Positions 30,482 to 39,672 of a stretch of DNA of 64,000 nucleotides are shown piece by piece. The notes under the pieces were generated by a model. It saw only the letters and a program-made list of their open reading frames with translations. It was not told the DNA's origin and ran no database searches. The DNA is from a virus. Lineage: Duplodnaviria; Caudoviricetes. The stretch lies in the IMG/VR virus record IMGVR_UViG_3300046473_000190, positions 1 through 64,000 of that record; one strand, given 5' to 3'. Each line of letters begins with the position of its first letter. The first letter of the stretch is position 1. The position numbers and the translations under genes were made by a program.

Positions 30482-30748
30482 GTGGGTGGTGTCAGCGGTT
30501 TGATGAGGGGAACCATGCCCCGGCTGAATGAAGGCGACCTGGCCCGCGTCAAGACACAGGAATTGGACGATTCGTGGCCGACCATGATTGAGATTGTGGC
30601 TTATTTCGGTGAGGGGCGGCGCAGGCGCCGTTCCGTCGAGATATCGGCTGCGCAGTTCTTCGGTACGGACGGCTATGGCGCGCCAATGGGCGGGGACCAG
30701 CTTATTCATGTGGTCAACCAACTGCGGAGATTGGGGCCAAAAAGGTAA
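30482..30748 (+). CDS. hypothetical protein
   Basis: 88 aa ORF, start uncertain. Confidence 0.45.
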   Translation: MGGVSGLMRGTMPRLNEGDLARVKTQELDDSWPTMIEIVAYFGEGRRRRRSVEISAAQFFGTDGYGAPMGGDQLIHVVNQLRRLGPKR

Positions 30749-30754
30749 GGGCCA

Positions 30755-31255
30755 ATGGGACGATCTATCGGCATCCTGATTGTGTTCGGGATTGTACTCG
30801 TCATCATCGTATTCGTGGCGCTGGCCTTCGGGTCTGCTCTGCCGGGTGATGCCCGCGATCTCGGTCAATGGGAGGATAGCGACCCTGCGGTGAAGGCTTG
30901 GTTTCAGGCTCTAGTACAGCCCGATACAATTGTTCCCGGTAGTCCAGGCACATCGTGTTGTGGCGAGGCCGATGCATATTACGTCGATGTCAGCGTGCAG
31001 CGGGACCGGATTATAGCGACGATCAGCGATGACCGCGACGATAAAAAGTTACAGCGGTTTCATGAGAAAAATGGCACGCAGTACGTGGTGCCGCCAGCCA
31101 AGATTGTCGGTGCAGAGCAACGGGCGGGCAATCCGACTGGTCGCGCCGTGATATTTCTGGGATCGGTAAGTTTAGCTTTTCCCGGCGAGGCGGTGACGGG
31201 GGATCGGAGTAAGCAACGTCAAGTATTATGCTTTGTCGATAACAGCGCGTTTTAG
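30755..31255 (+). CDS. secreted/membrane hypothetical protein
   Basis: hydrophobic N-terminus; SCCGEADAY and VLCFV motifs. Confidence 0.6.
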   Translation: MGRSIGILIVFGIVLVIIVFVALAFGSALPGDARDLGQWEDSDPAVKAWFQALVQPDTIVPGSPGTSCCGEADAYYVDVSVQRDRIIATISDDRDDKKLQRFHEKNGTQYVVPPAKIVGAEQRAGNPTGRAVIFLGSVSLAFPGEAVTGDRSKQRQVLCFVDNSAF

Positions 31256-31270
31256 CGGTCCGCCATATCA

Positions 31271-31654
31271 TTGTCACCTCGGAATGCTTATATGTGGCCC
31301 ATGGACTGGTGGATCTCAGACACTGACCAAATCCTGGTCGCGATTGCCAGATTACAGTCTGCCGTGAGTGCTCTGCAAAGAAGCGTAAACTCAGTCCTTC
31401 AAAAGGAGAATCAAATGGCTATCGACCTTACTAGCATGACCGCAGAGGTGGCAAATAATACCAGTGTTACCGGTTCGGTTGTGACGCTTTTGAACAACCT
31501 GACCGCGATTATCAAGGCCATTCCGCCATCGACGGACCCGGTCACGCAGGCGGCTCTTGACGAGTTGTCCACGACGCTTGCCGCAAACGACACGGCCGCG
31601 GCCGCAGCTGTTGTGCAAAATACGCCCAGCGCGTCGGCAAAGGCCCCTCGGTAA
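31271..31654 (+). CDS. hypothetical coiled-coil protein
   Basis: ORF with a strong internal RBS (AAGGAG) before ATG 31415; true start uncertain. Confidence 0.55.
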   Translation: MSPRNAYMWPMDWWISDTDQILVAIARLQSAVSALQRSVNSVLQKENQMAIDLTSMTAEVANNTSVTGSVVTLLNNLTAIIKAIPPSTDPVTQAALDELSTTLAANDTAAAAAVVQNTPSASAKAPR

Positions 31655-31655
31655 C

Positions 31656-32135
31656 GTGCATACCAGCGACGCGGGCAGGAAGTTCATCGAAGGGTGGGAA
31701 GGTTTATACCTTCACACCTACGATGACGGCACTGGGGTTCTAACCATCGGCTATGGTCACACCTCGGCGGCTGGTCCGCCGCACGTCTACCATGGCATGA
31801 CGATTACGGCAGCGCAGGCTGACCAGATTCTCGCGTCCGATTTGGCCGCTGTGGAACTTGACGTTAATCATTTCGTCAAGGTGCCAATCAATCAGAACCA
31901 ATATGATGCTCTTGTCAGCTTTGACTTCAACACGGGGGCGCTCGGGCGATCCAATGTGCTGCGTTCGGTCAATTCCAATAGATTCACGGAAGTTCCCGCC
32001 GACCTGATGATGTGGGTCCGTGGCGGCGGCCGTGTTATGCAAGGACTTGTCAACCGCCGGAGGGCCGAGTCAATACTGTTCATGAAGCTAATGGCACCTG
32101 CCTTGGGAGGCAAAACAGCTCGTCGTGAACGATGA
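31656..32135 (+). CDS. endolysin, GH24 lysozyme
   Basis: IEGWEGLYLHTYDDGTGVLTIGYGHT (E-x8-D-x5-T triad), NQNQYDALVSFDFNTG, GLVNRRRAE; GTG start. Confidence 0.92.
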   Translation: MHTSDAGRKFIEGWEGLYLHTYDDGTGVLTIGYGHTSAAGPPHVYHGMTITAAQADQILASDLAAVELDVNHFVKVPINQNQYDALVSFDFNTGALGRSNVLRSVNSNRFTEVPADLMMWVRGGGRVMQGLVNRRRAESILFMKLMAPALGGKTARRER

Positions 32136-32665
32136 GCGAATTGTTGCTTCAATTTTCAACAAGCCCTGCTTTTGCTTCAAGCATCATTCGACGACTTACC
32201 CATTCTCCCTTTTCGCACGTGGATATAATCCTTCCGGGAGAGGGATTGCTGGGCGTAAGTGGCCCAGACAACGATATTGGTGATCCAGGCGGCGTGATGA
32301 TACGGTCGTTTAATGCGTGGCCCTATCTCACGCTGCCCAAAGTAGCCAAATTGCGAGGGCCGGAAGATAAAATACGCACGGCTATTGACTGGACGCGTTC
32401 TCAAATCGGCAAGCCGTTCGACCATGCAGCCTTATGGCATTTTCTCGATGATTTGGCTGAGAAGCCTAAACGAAATTGGCGGGATGAGAACAGTTGGATT
32501 TGCAGTGAAATTAGCTGTAGAGCCATTGAAATCAGTGGCTTACTCTCATACAGTCTTTTAGCGATAAAGGAACGTATTAGCCCCGGCGATCTTTTGTTGA
32601 TCGTCAACCCACTTATGAGCGAGGGGAACATCAATGAATTTCTCGGCATTGGATTGGACAAATAG
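32132..32665 (+). CDS. permuted papain-like (YiiX/NlpC-P60) protein
   Basis: HSPFSHVDI, SQIGKPFD, WICSE: His before Cys order. Confidence 0.7.
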   Translation: MSELLLQFSTSPAFASSIIRRLTHSPFSHVDIILPGEGLLGVSGPDNDIGDPGGVMIRSFNAWPYLTLPKVAKLRGPEDKIRTAIDWTRSQIGKPFDHAALWHFLDDLAEKPKRNWRDENSWICSEISCRAIEISGLLSYSLLAIKERISPGDLLLIVNPLMSEGNINEFLGIGLDK

Positions 32666-33128
32666 TGCTGTGTACCAATACCTTATCGAGCATATGCACG
32701 ATGGTTGCTGCACGTCTTGGCCGTTTGGAAGAACGCGCGGCAATTACGGAATCATTCGGGTTCCTCGAATGGGAGGCAGGTTTAACGGCATGGTAAGGAC
32801 CGGCCGTCTGGTTTGTGAGTTGATGCACGGGTCTGCGCCGGAAGACAAGCCATTCGCCCGACATCTATGTGGCAAAGGGCATCTTGGTTGTTTTAATGCT
32901 GAATGCTTGGTATGGGGTTCAAAGCAGGAAAATGAAGATGATAAGCGTATCCATGGTACTGTTTTGACTGGCGAAAGGCATAATATGGCAAAACTGAATT
33001 GGGAAAAAGTTCATGCGATTCGCGCTGCTAAGGGAAAAATAACGCAGAGAGAACTTGCCGAAAAATTTGAAGTGTGTCTTGGTACTATAGCGGTAATCCA
33101 TCAGAATAAAAATTGGATTGAAGCATAA
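32634..33128 (+). CDS. HNH endonuclease with C-terminal HTH
   Basis: RLVCELMHG, ARHLCG..GCFN..CLVWGSKQEN..D, HNMAKL, TQRELAEKF; lower GC. Confidence 0.8.
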   Translation: MNFSALDWTNSAVYQYLIEHMHDGCCTSWPFGRTRGNYGIIRVPRMGGRFNGMVRTGRLVCELMHGSAPEDKPFARHLCGKGHLGCFNAECLVWGSKQENEDDKRIHGTVLTGERHNMAKLNWEKVHAIRAAKGKITQRELAEKFEVCLGTIAVIHQNKNWIEA

Positions 33129-33353
33129 ATGCGCATCAAGCTTACCACGGCTTCTCCTGGCGAGCAGCAAGCGGCGTTTAATGCCGTTTATTGGGATTTG
33201 GTGGCGCTCGTCAAAGAGTTGCCGGGAATTGCACAGATTCCAGCCTCCAATAAACTCAATAGTGTAGAGGGCCGTGCGCAACTCATGAAGATCATTGACG
33301 ATGGCTTGGCCGCCGCCGAGAAGTATCGGGCGGCTTCACTACAAAAATCATAG
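33129..33353 (+). CDS. hypothetical protein
   Basis: 74 aa ORF abutting neighbours. Confidence 0.5.
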   Translation: MRIKLTTASPGEQQAAFNAVYWDLVALVKELPGIAQIPASNKLNSVEGRAQLMKIIDDGLAAAEKYRAASLQKS

Positions 33354-33360
33354 GTTGGTC

Positions 33361-33675
33361 ATGCCCACAGTCGATCCACAGGTACGGTTTTGGGTTGGCA
33401 TTGTCATCACCATTGCGGTTGGTATCTCGCAAGGCACTGTTAGCCTGACGAATGCGATTCCGGCCGGCTTAATTCCCAGTGTGACGGCATGGGCAGGGAT
33501 TTTAGCCTTTATCGGCTCTGCCCTCCTGACTGGACTCAATGCTCTTGCCTCGACAACCAAGAGCCGTTTGGCAAGTGCGGTGGCTGTTCCGGAAGTAGTG
33601 AGAATCGAGACGACATCGGCACATCAGGCTGACGCTGGCGGCGACAAGGTGGTAGAAGTTCCAAAGCAAACCTAG
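33361..33675 (+). CDS. holin-like membrane protein
   Basis: two hydrophobic helices; in lysis region. Confidence 0.5.
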   Translation: MPTVDPQVRFWVGIVITIAVGISQGTVSLTNAIPAGLIPSVTAWAGILAFIGSALLTGLNALASTTKSRLASAVAVPEVVRIETTSAHQADAGGDKVVEVPKQT

Positions 33676-33684
33676 GAGATTGTC

Positions 33685-34086
33685 ATGCTACAGACATTGA
33701 ATACGCGCCGCGGGGCGCTTTCCAAGATCGCAGTCGTCGGGGCGGCCATAACCGCGGGCACCGGCATGGGCAGCGTCGCTACCTGCAGTTCTACGGGCGG
33801 CGTTGTCATCAATCCGGATGTGATTGACGCAATCCAGAAAGCGGTCGCGACGGCCTGCGGGTTTGTGCCTGCGGTTTCGACACTGGTCGCCATCGTAGCG
33901 GCGTCGTTTCCGGCTGTAGCCGGTGTAGCCACGATTGCGGATACGGTGCTGGAACAGATCGCCGCCCTGCTTTGCACGGCTTATACGTCGGCCCAGGTGT
34001 CTGGCCAACTCAAGGGTGTTCCCATGGCGGGAACAGTGCCGATCCACGGCTTGCACGTCGTTAACGGCAAGATCGTTGCGTTCTGA
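33685..34086 (+). CDS. membrane hypothetical protein
   Basis: RBS AGGAG; twin-Arg-like N-terminus; hydrophobic. Confidence 0.55.
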   Translation: MLQTLNTRRGALSKIAVVGAAITAGTGMGSVATCSSTGGVVINPDVIDAIQKAVATACGFVPAVSTLVAIVAASFPAVAGVATIADTVLEQIAALLCTAYTSAQVSGQLKGVPMAGTVPIHGLHVVNGKIVAF

Positions 34087-34286
34087 TGAGCAATTGGGCG
34101 TTTGAACTGTTCCTCAATGCGGAAGGGCTGTCCGCCGAGGAAAAGGCGCAGGTCGAAGCGGCATTACCGGCGTTGAACGAGATGATCACGCTCGTTAACG
34201 CCAATAGGCCGTTTCTGGAAAAAATGCTGCAATTGTGGGCCATTGTCGGGCCGGCAGCGCAAACTGTGTCCAGCCACCTCAAATAG
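34086..34286 (+). CDS. hypothetical protein
   Basis: 66 aa, overlaps previous stop. Confidence 0.5.
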   Translation: MSNWAFELFLNAEGLSAEEKAQVEAALPALNEMITLVNANRPFLEKMLQLWAIVGPAAQTVSSHLK

Positions 34287-34293
34287 GTGACCC

Positions 34294-35091
34294 ATGCCGT
34301 TGATGTTCGGCAAGACCCCCGCCGTACCTGACGCGGTTAAACTCAAGTTCGCCACCTATTTCGATGCCACGGAATTGCCGAAGCCGCCGCCGGTCTATGG
34401 CGTGGCAAATCATAGCCTAGTCAACACCTGGCCGATGTTCGGTAATACGACCTATGGCGACTGCGTATGGGCAGGGGCGGCCCACGAAACGATGCTCTGG
34501 GTGCGGGAGGGCGGCAGCAGGGTGTTATTCACCGATAGCACTGTCCTATCCGATTATTCGGCCGCAACCGGCTTTATCCCCTCGCAGCCAGCCACCGACC
34601 AGGGCACTAACATGGCGGAGGCCGCGGCCTACCGCCAGAAAACCGGCATCGTGGATGCAAGCGGATTACGGCACAAAGTCGGGCCGTATGTTGCGCTCGA
34701 GGCCGGTAACCTGCAGCAAGTGACCTTGGCCTCGTACCTGTTCTCCGTGGCCGCGATCGGGGTTCTGGTTCCGCAAAGCGCGGTGAAACAGTTCGAATCG
34801 GCCCAGCCGTGGAGTGTTGTCAGCACCAATACCAAGATCGTAGGCGGCCATTACGTGCCGGTCGTCGGCCGCAACAGCAGTGGGCATTACATCGTGGTGA
34901 CGTGGGGCCGCCTGCAGGCGGCGGAACCAGCGTGGATCGAGAGATATATGGACGAGGGATTGGCCTATCTGTCCCTTGAACGGCTACGGAATGGCATATC
35001 CCCGTTGGGGTTCGATGAGGGAAGGTTGGAACAGGACTTGAACAACATCCACCTAGCCTTGAACGACAATGGTTCGGTGGTTGCAGCATAG
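34294..35091 (+). CDS. papain-fold (C1-like) cysteine peptidase
   Basis: GNTTYGDCVWAGAAH (Cys), GGHYVPVVG (His), IVVTWG. Confidence 0.65.
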   Translation: MPLMFGKTPAVPDAVKLKFATYFDATELPKPPPVYGVANHSLVNTWPMFGNTTYGDCVWAGAAHETMLWVREGGSRVLFTDSTVLSDYSAATGFIPSQPATDQGTNMAEAAAYRQKTGIVDASGLRHKVGPYVALEAGNLQQVTLASYLFSVAAIGVLVPQSAVKQFESAQPWSVVSTNTKIVGGHYVPVVGRNSSGHYIVVTWGRLQAAEPAWIERYMDEGLAYLSLERLRNGISPLGFDEGRLEQDLNNIHLALNDNGSVVAA

Positions 35092-35100
35092 GAGGGAAAG

Positions 35101-35388
35101 ATGGGTTGGTTTTTTCTGTTGGCGTTGATCGCAACCAGCGGCGGTGGTACGGGAAAATTACCGGAGCCGCTTAGTAAAATACCGCTCAGCTGCATTGGCG
35201 CGTTGCAAATAAGCGACGACGCTTTCGTTGATTGTCGTGTTCTTTCAATGGAAAGAGAGTTGTATAATCGTGGTTGCTATAACGCCGATCATTCCAATCA
35301 ATGCAACGCACGCTATCAGGCACGATTGGAGGTATTGGCTCTTAGGGCAATTAACGATGCAGGTGAGGCTAAAAGCAAAATAAAATGA
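35101..35388 (+). CDS. small secreted Cys-containing protein
   Basis: RBS AGGAGG; signal-like N-terminus. Confidence 0.5.
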   Translation: MGWFFLLALIATSGGGTGKLPEPLSKIPLSCIGALQISDDAFVDCRVLSMERELYNRGCYNADHSNQCNARYQARLEVLALRAINDAGEAKSKIK

Positions 35389-35891
35389 CGGTTTCGGTAT
35401 TCATTCTGCGCGGCGGCATCCTCCCCGGTGGGGCGGACGGTGTAGTCTCCTCGGCCGGAATGGATGCGCTAGGCAGGCAACTGGCGGCGATCCATGGCGT
35501 AATCGTCAAGGTGTATAACTGGGGGCAGTGGCAGACTGTCGCATGGGATTTGTGGCGGGCGCAGGCAGCAAGCAATAAGATTATTCTTATCGGATATTCA
35601 GGGGGCGGGTGGTGTGCGACGCTCCTCGCGGATTTGCCTAATAAGCCAGCGATAGACCTGATGGTCGTCTATGACCCGTCGCCGGCCAGGCAGATGAAGC
35701 CCATTGGCCCAAACGTCAAACGGGCCATTTGCTACCATAATCAGCATCCCCTCATGTTTGGCTTGGGCGGCGGCGTCCTGACCGGAACCACGGCGATCGA
35801 AACGATCGATATCGCCGAACAGCACTTGGCCGTACAGTACGACCAAAAGCTGCATAATCATACCATAGACGCGGTTCGCAGTCTGTTCTAA
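35385..35891 (+). CDS. alpha/beta hydrolase-like protein
   Basis: IILIGYSGGG nucleophile elbow; VVYDP; HLAV. Confidence 0.6.
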   Translation: MTVSVFILRGGILPGGADGVVSSAGMDALGRQLAAIHGVIVKVYNWGQWQTVAWDLWRAQAASNKIILIGYSGGGWCATLLADLPNKPAIDLMVVYDPSPARQMKPIGPNVKRAICYHNQHPLMFGLGGGVLTGTTAIETIDIAEQHLAVQYDQKLHNHTIDAVRSLF

Positions 35892-35900
35892 AACACCATT

Positions 35901-36314
35901 ATGGTTGAGGATTGCGGTAGCCTGACCGCGCGGATTACCGCGCTGGAAAAGATGCTTGACGAACGCGAGGATCGCACGAAAGAGCGGTTTATCGCGTTGG
36001 ACAAGAATATTACCGTTGCGATGATGGCCGCGGATAAGGCCGTCGGCAAGGCTGAGATGGCGACCGAAAAAAGGTTCGAGGGGGTCAATGAGTTCCGTTC
36101 AACCTTGGCCGACCAAGCGGCGACACTCCTGCCACGGGCAGAGTTTCAGGTACAGCACAAGTCGCTGTTGGATAAAATCGATGGGCTGGACGCGAGACTA
36201 GCGGCAATGGAAAACTCTGCAGCCAATATCCAGGGTCGCATATGGGCCATAGGAGCGATCTGGTCGATTTTTGTCGTGGCCGTATCCATCGGCGTGCGGT
36301 TTATAGGGCATTGA
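35901..36314 (+). CDS. coiled-coil protein with C-terminal membrane anchor
   Basis: EKRFEGVNEFRSTLAD; C-terminal hydrophobic helix. Confidence 0.6.
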   Translation: MVEDCGSLTARITALEKMLDEREDRTKERFIALDKNITVAMMAADKAVGKAEMATEKRFEGVNEFRSTLADQAATLLPRAEFQVQHKSLLDKIDGLDARLAAMENSAANIQGRIWAIGAIWSIFVVAVSIGVRFIGH

Positions 36315-36315
36315 T

Positions 36316-36525
36316 ATGAACCCCATAGTCATCACCCTCGTCCTCACGATCGGGATGCCGCCGAATGTCCCGGACATTCAACTGAGACTGAAAGAACCCT
36401 CGATTGAGATATGCCTGAGCGACGCCAAGGAGTTTCTTATGCGTGGCGTGCCCAAGACGGCCAAGGACGCGATTGGCGTAGCCGCCGCATGTCTTGTGCC
36501 GAAAGACGTAAACACCGAGTTATGA
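36316..36525 (+). CDS. hypothetical protein
   Basis: 69 aa, last gene of + strand block. Confidence 0.5.
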   Translation: MNPIVITLVLTIGMPPNVPDIQLRLKEPSIEICLSDAKEFLMRGVPKTAKDAIGVAAACLVPKDVNTEL

Positions 36526-36527
36526 GA

Positions 36528-36962
36528 CTAGAATCGCGGCCGGTAAGCAAGTGCGTGGTGGTGGGCGCAATAGGGGCGGTTCTCGAGTAGATCCGCCGTC
36601 GGGTCGCCGCAGTAAGCAGCTTCTGCCGTCATCCAGCGACAGGTGTGGTTTTCAAGTTCCATGATTCCGATGGCGCGCCATCCCATGCGCTCGGACGGCG
36701 GCAATGGGGCGGGTGGCTTGGCTTTGGGTTTATACGGCCCCCGTGGCCCCCGCACATGCAGTGAAGGAGGTTTGGGCGGCTTTGAGGGTCGCGCTGGGGC
36801 TCTGATACCCAACCGAAAGGCTTTTCCTACGACAGAGTTGCGAGAAAGCGGCGCACTAAAAGCCTCGCTGAGAGCCAAGGCGGCCTCGCCGCGGCTTTGG
36901 CCCATATCCAACATCGCCCGTAGGGCGGCTATAGCGTCGTCAGTCCACACGAAGTCGGTCAT
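36528..36962 (-). CDS. gcrA: GcrA cell-cycle regulator homologue
   Basis: WTDDAIAAL...SRNSVVGKAFRLG and C-terminal IMELENHTCRW...YCG...PYCAHHHALAY. Confidence 0.88.
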   Translation of the reverse strand: MTDFVWTDDAIAALRAMLDMGQSRGEAALALSEAFSAPLSRNSVVGKAFRLGIRAPARPSKPPKPPSLHVRGPRGPYKPKAKPPAPLPPSERMGWRAIGIMELENHTCRWMTAEAAYCGDPTADLLENRPYCAHHHALAYRPRF

Positions 36963-37121
36963 GGGGCCCTCTAGATTAAACCAATGGGTGGGCGTCTCTG
37001 GGCGATTGGAAGGCATTGCGGGGAAAAGCGAGCCATCGGCCGATCCACGGACACGGGGGTCAAGGGGGGCTAGACGGAAAATGCCCAAGGTGACCGATGG
37101 CTCAGTTTCAACGTACCACGC

Positions 37122-37325
37122 TTACGCTACGCACACAACCTGCCAGACCGGCCATTTTGGCTGACAGGCATTGGCCTGTATCCGGCCACTCTTGTCCCAA
37201 TCGCCGAATCGCTCGGAGAATGGGGCGTAATGCTTCAAACGGTCTTGCTTCGCGTGAGGTGACGGACCGGCTGTGATGACGGTAGCCGCTAGCAGAGACG
37301 CGGCAATGGCGATGAGTGTTTTCAT
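37122..37325 (-). CDS. small secreted hypothetical protein
   Basis: RBS AGGAGG; signal peptide-like N-terminus. Confidence 0.5.
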   Translation of the reverse strand: MKTLIAIAASLLAATVITAGPSPHAKQDRLKHYAPFSERFGDWDKSGRIQANACQPKWPVWQVVCVA

Positions 37326-37671
37326 GTTCCCCTCCTGAGTAACCGTGGCTTGTCGTATCGCCTTTCGATTTTATAGCCGTATGGCTTCAAGGTTTTTGGC
37401 GTCTCGTTTTCAAGGCCCAAATCAGCCAGTAATTCTTGTAAGGATTGGTAGGGCCCTGCAGAGAGTTCTTGCCAATTCCAAAACCAGCCTAATTTATTTT
37501 TCAATGTTCCCTCCACCATTTTTGGATAAGCATATACAGCGTGGCGGCTAGCCACCCCGCGAAGAAGGCCACGAACGCGATGTTCAAGGCAATGCTGGCG
37601 TTAAGGGTCATTTCTAGCCTCCGTTGACGCCCCACACAAAAGCATATATTCTATTAAGGGTCAAGCGCGAA

Positions 37672-38148
37672 TTACAAATCCACGTCCCAATCATCATCTC
37701 GCATTAAGCTTTCGTCCGCCTTGTATTTCGTAGCTGTCTTTTCGGATTGATTCTCTCGCTGGAAATGGGTCTTGGCGTATTCGACATTTTGCTTTCTGAG
37801 CCACCACATGATTTCCGGCGACGGATTGGCAGGCTCGGGGGCATTGTCAGGCGGCCATTCATTGTAAATCGCGCGATACTTATGGGCTACCCACCCCGCC
37901 TTATAGCCACGTTCTCGAGCGATTGACAGCAACCCGGCGTATGTCAGGATTCTGGCCTCGTCCGGCGGTGTGACGCCACCATTCAACATGGCGTGCTTTA
38001 TAACGCGGACGGATCGGGCTACCCGGCTGCCGCAGGCGTTGCAGCGCAGTTGCTTTCCTTTTGGGACGGTGATTTCTGCGTGGTGATGGCAGGAGACACA
38101 GATTATAAACATTGACGTGGAACCAATATTTGCCCCGTAGACCGCCAA
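37672..38148 (-). CDS. Zn-finger protein resembling the C-terminus of phage superfamily-2 helicases
   Basis: CVSC...CNAC; IARERGYKAGWVAHKYRAIYNEWP; no helicase core in the ORF. Confidence 0.5.
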   Translation of the reverse strand: MAVYGANIGSTSMFIICVSCHHHAEITVPKGKQLRCNACGSRVARSVRVIKHAMLNGGVTPPDEARILTYAGLLSIARERGYKAGWVAHKYRAIYNEWPPDNAPEPANPSPEIMWWLRKQNVEYAKTHFQRENQSEKTATKYKADESLMRDDDWDVDL

Positions 38149-39035
38149 ATTTCACAGAACCGAGCTGCATCAGCACCAAAATAGCTGATGACTATTCCTT
38201 TTGTTGGGGAGGTTGCCGCCGACTGTCCGGTTGGAGGGTAAAAGTTTGGCCGACCATTTACAATGCAATGTGCTTGAACCAATTGAGGAATTTGGGTGTA
38301 AAACCATTTTGACGACATGCTGGCAACATTCAAGCAGGTAACTGCATTAGTCACGTTGCCTTGTCTCAGTTCACTACAGAGGCGCAAGATGAATTGGCCG
38401 GCACTGCCCTCACCTCGTCCATAAGGCGGATTGAGCCAAACAGACCCCCGCCAAGGAAGAGTCAAATCCAATCCATTCGTTTGCCGTGTATAGAATAGCT
38501 TAGCTTTAATGAATTTTCCGTTAACTGCAACAGATGTGGCCGGGTCAGTGTAAATTTCCCCGCCTAAAGACAAACGACCTAACTCTACTAAATCTTCCGG
38601 CGTGTACCATTCGTCCGTCAAGGAACTGTTTTGCAGTTGTTTGGCCGTTATTTCCAGTCGGTTCTTAATCGGAAGACGAGATAACAGCGAAATTTGGCCG
38701 TTAACCTCGACCGCATGAGGACTAAGATTTTCCGGACCCCAAACTGAATACGGAATTTCAGGCAATTCTGTCGCAATATCCACCTGAGGATGAGAAAATC
38801 CCCTTTCCATCAGTAAGATTATATATTCCAAAATTTCGTCATTAGCGTTATAAAATTCTTTCCCTCTGATGAGGTGCCGCTCAAAATATCGGTGCAACCG
38901 TACCTCATCGTCGATTGTTCCCGGCATAGCGCAAATGCTTTCGAAGCCGTATTGAGCATGCTGCTTTAAGCGTTTGCCCGCATCTTGCGCATAACCTATT
39001 TTGAGTTCTTCATTCCGTTGCGCAAAGTATAGCAT
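38103..39035 (-). CDS. GIY-YIG (T5orf172/MUG113-like) domain fused to phage Dam-type N6-adenine methyltransferase
   Basis: LYFAQ..LKIGYA...RLKQH..EVRLHRYF..GKEFY, then DEWYTP..DPAT..WRGSVWLNPPYG; RBS GGAGG before ATG 39035; visibly lower GC. Confidence 0.75.
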   Translation of the reverse strand: MLYFAQRNEELKIGYAQDAGKRLKQHAQYGFESICAMPGTIDDEVRLHRYFERHLIRGKEFYNANDEILEYIILLMERGFSHPQVDIATELPEIPYSVWGPENLSPHAVEVNGQISLLSRLPIKNRLEITAKQLQNSSLTDEWYTPEDLVELGRLSLGGEIYTDPATSVAVNGKFIKAKLFYTRQTNGLDLTLPWRGSVWLNPPYGRGEGSAGQFILRLCSELRQGNVTNAVTCLNVASMSSKWFYTQIPQLVQAHCIVNGRPNFYPPTGQSAATSPTKGIVISYFGADAARFCEIWRSTGQILVPRQCL

Positions 39036-39036
39036 T

Positions 39037-39207
39037 TTAATCCCTCCTACTGTTCCTTTCGAGCGCCGCCAAAGCACGGCAAATCATGTTGTCTTTGCTG
39101 AGTGGGCCCAACTCGTAAACGCCAAGAGCGATGTCGTCTAAAGCCTCGCGCAGGCGGGTTATTTCCTTCTTGAGGGCGAGGCGTTCTAAGTAGCGTTCTT
39201 TGTCCAT
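39037..39207 (-). CDS. small hypothetical protein (56 aa)
   Basis: read manually: MDKERYLERLALKKEITRLREALDDIA...; below ORF-track cutoff. Confidence 0.5.
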   Translation of the reverse strand: MDKERYLERLALKKEITRLREALDDIALGVYELGPLSKDNMICRALAALERNSRRD

Positions 39208-39603
39208 TAGCGCACCTTAAATGTCTTACCTTCCCCCTTGCTTTCTCGCCCAACAAAGCCTCCCCGCACTCTAGCCTTTAAGGCTAGAACGCGCCGGTTT
39301 TTAATTGACGTCCCGGCCGTCCCTTTCGGTCCACTCGACGCCTGCCGCTAAACGGCATTCCAATATCCTTTCTTCCGCCTTGGTCTGAGTCCCAAGGACG
39401 TTCCCCTTAATAACAGGGGCTGCGCTTATGATTGCCGGTGACCCGCTTTCAATGACTGCCGTGCAAGACGAGCAGCCGAGGAGCTGTCTCAGTCAGACGG
39501 CAGATAGTCGATAAGCGCCTATATTCCCGTTGCGCTTTGCGGAATTTAATTGTATATGGGGATATTCATCCATATCGATCCGCCGCAACGGGTTGATAAC
39601 TAG

Positions 39604-39641
39604 CGGCCCGGCGATGGAAGACGTCGGGCCGTTTTCTTTCT
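39604..39641 (+). terminator. intrinsic terminator-like hairpin
   Basis: CGGCCCG...CGGGCCG stem followed by TTTTCTTTCTT. Confidence 0.5.
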
Positions 39642-39672
39642 TACGCCTGTCATGGCGCGTTGTAAAGAACGA

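Noticed and set aside
36963-37088. N-terminal extension of GcrA in the ORF track
   Set aside because: Homology starts at MTDFVWT (36962), which has its own RBS-like GAGGG.
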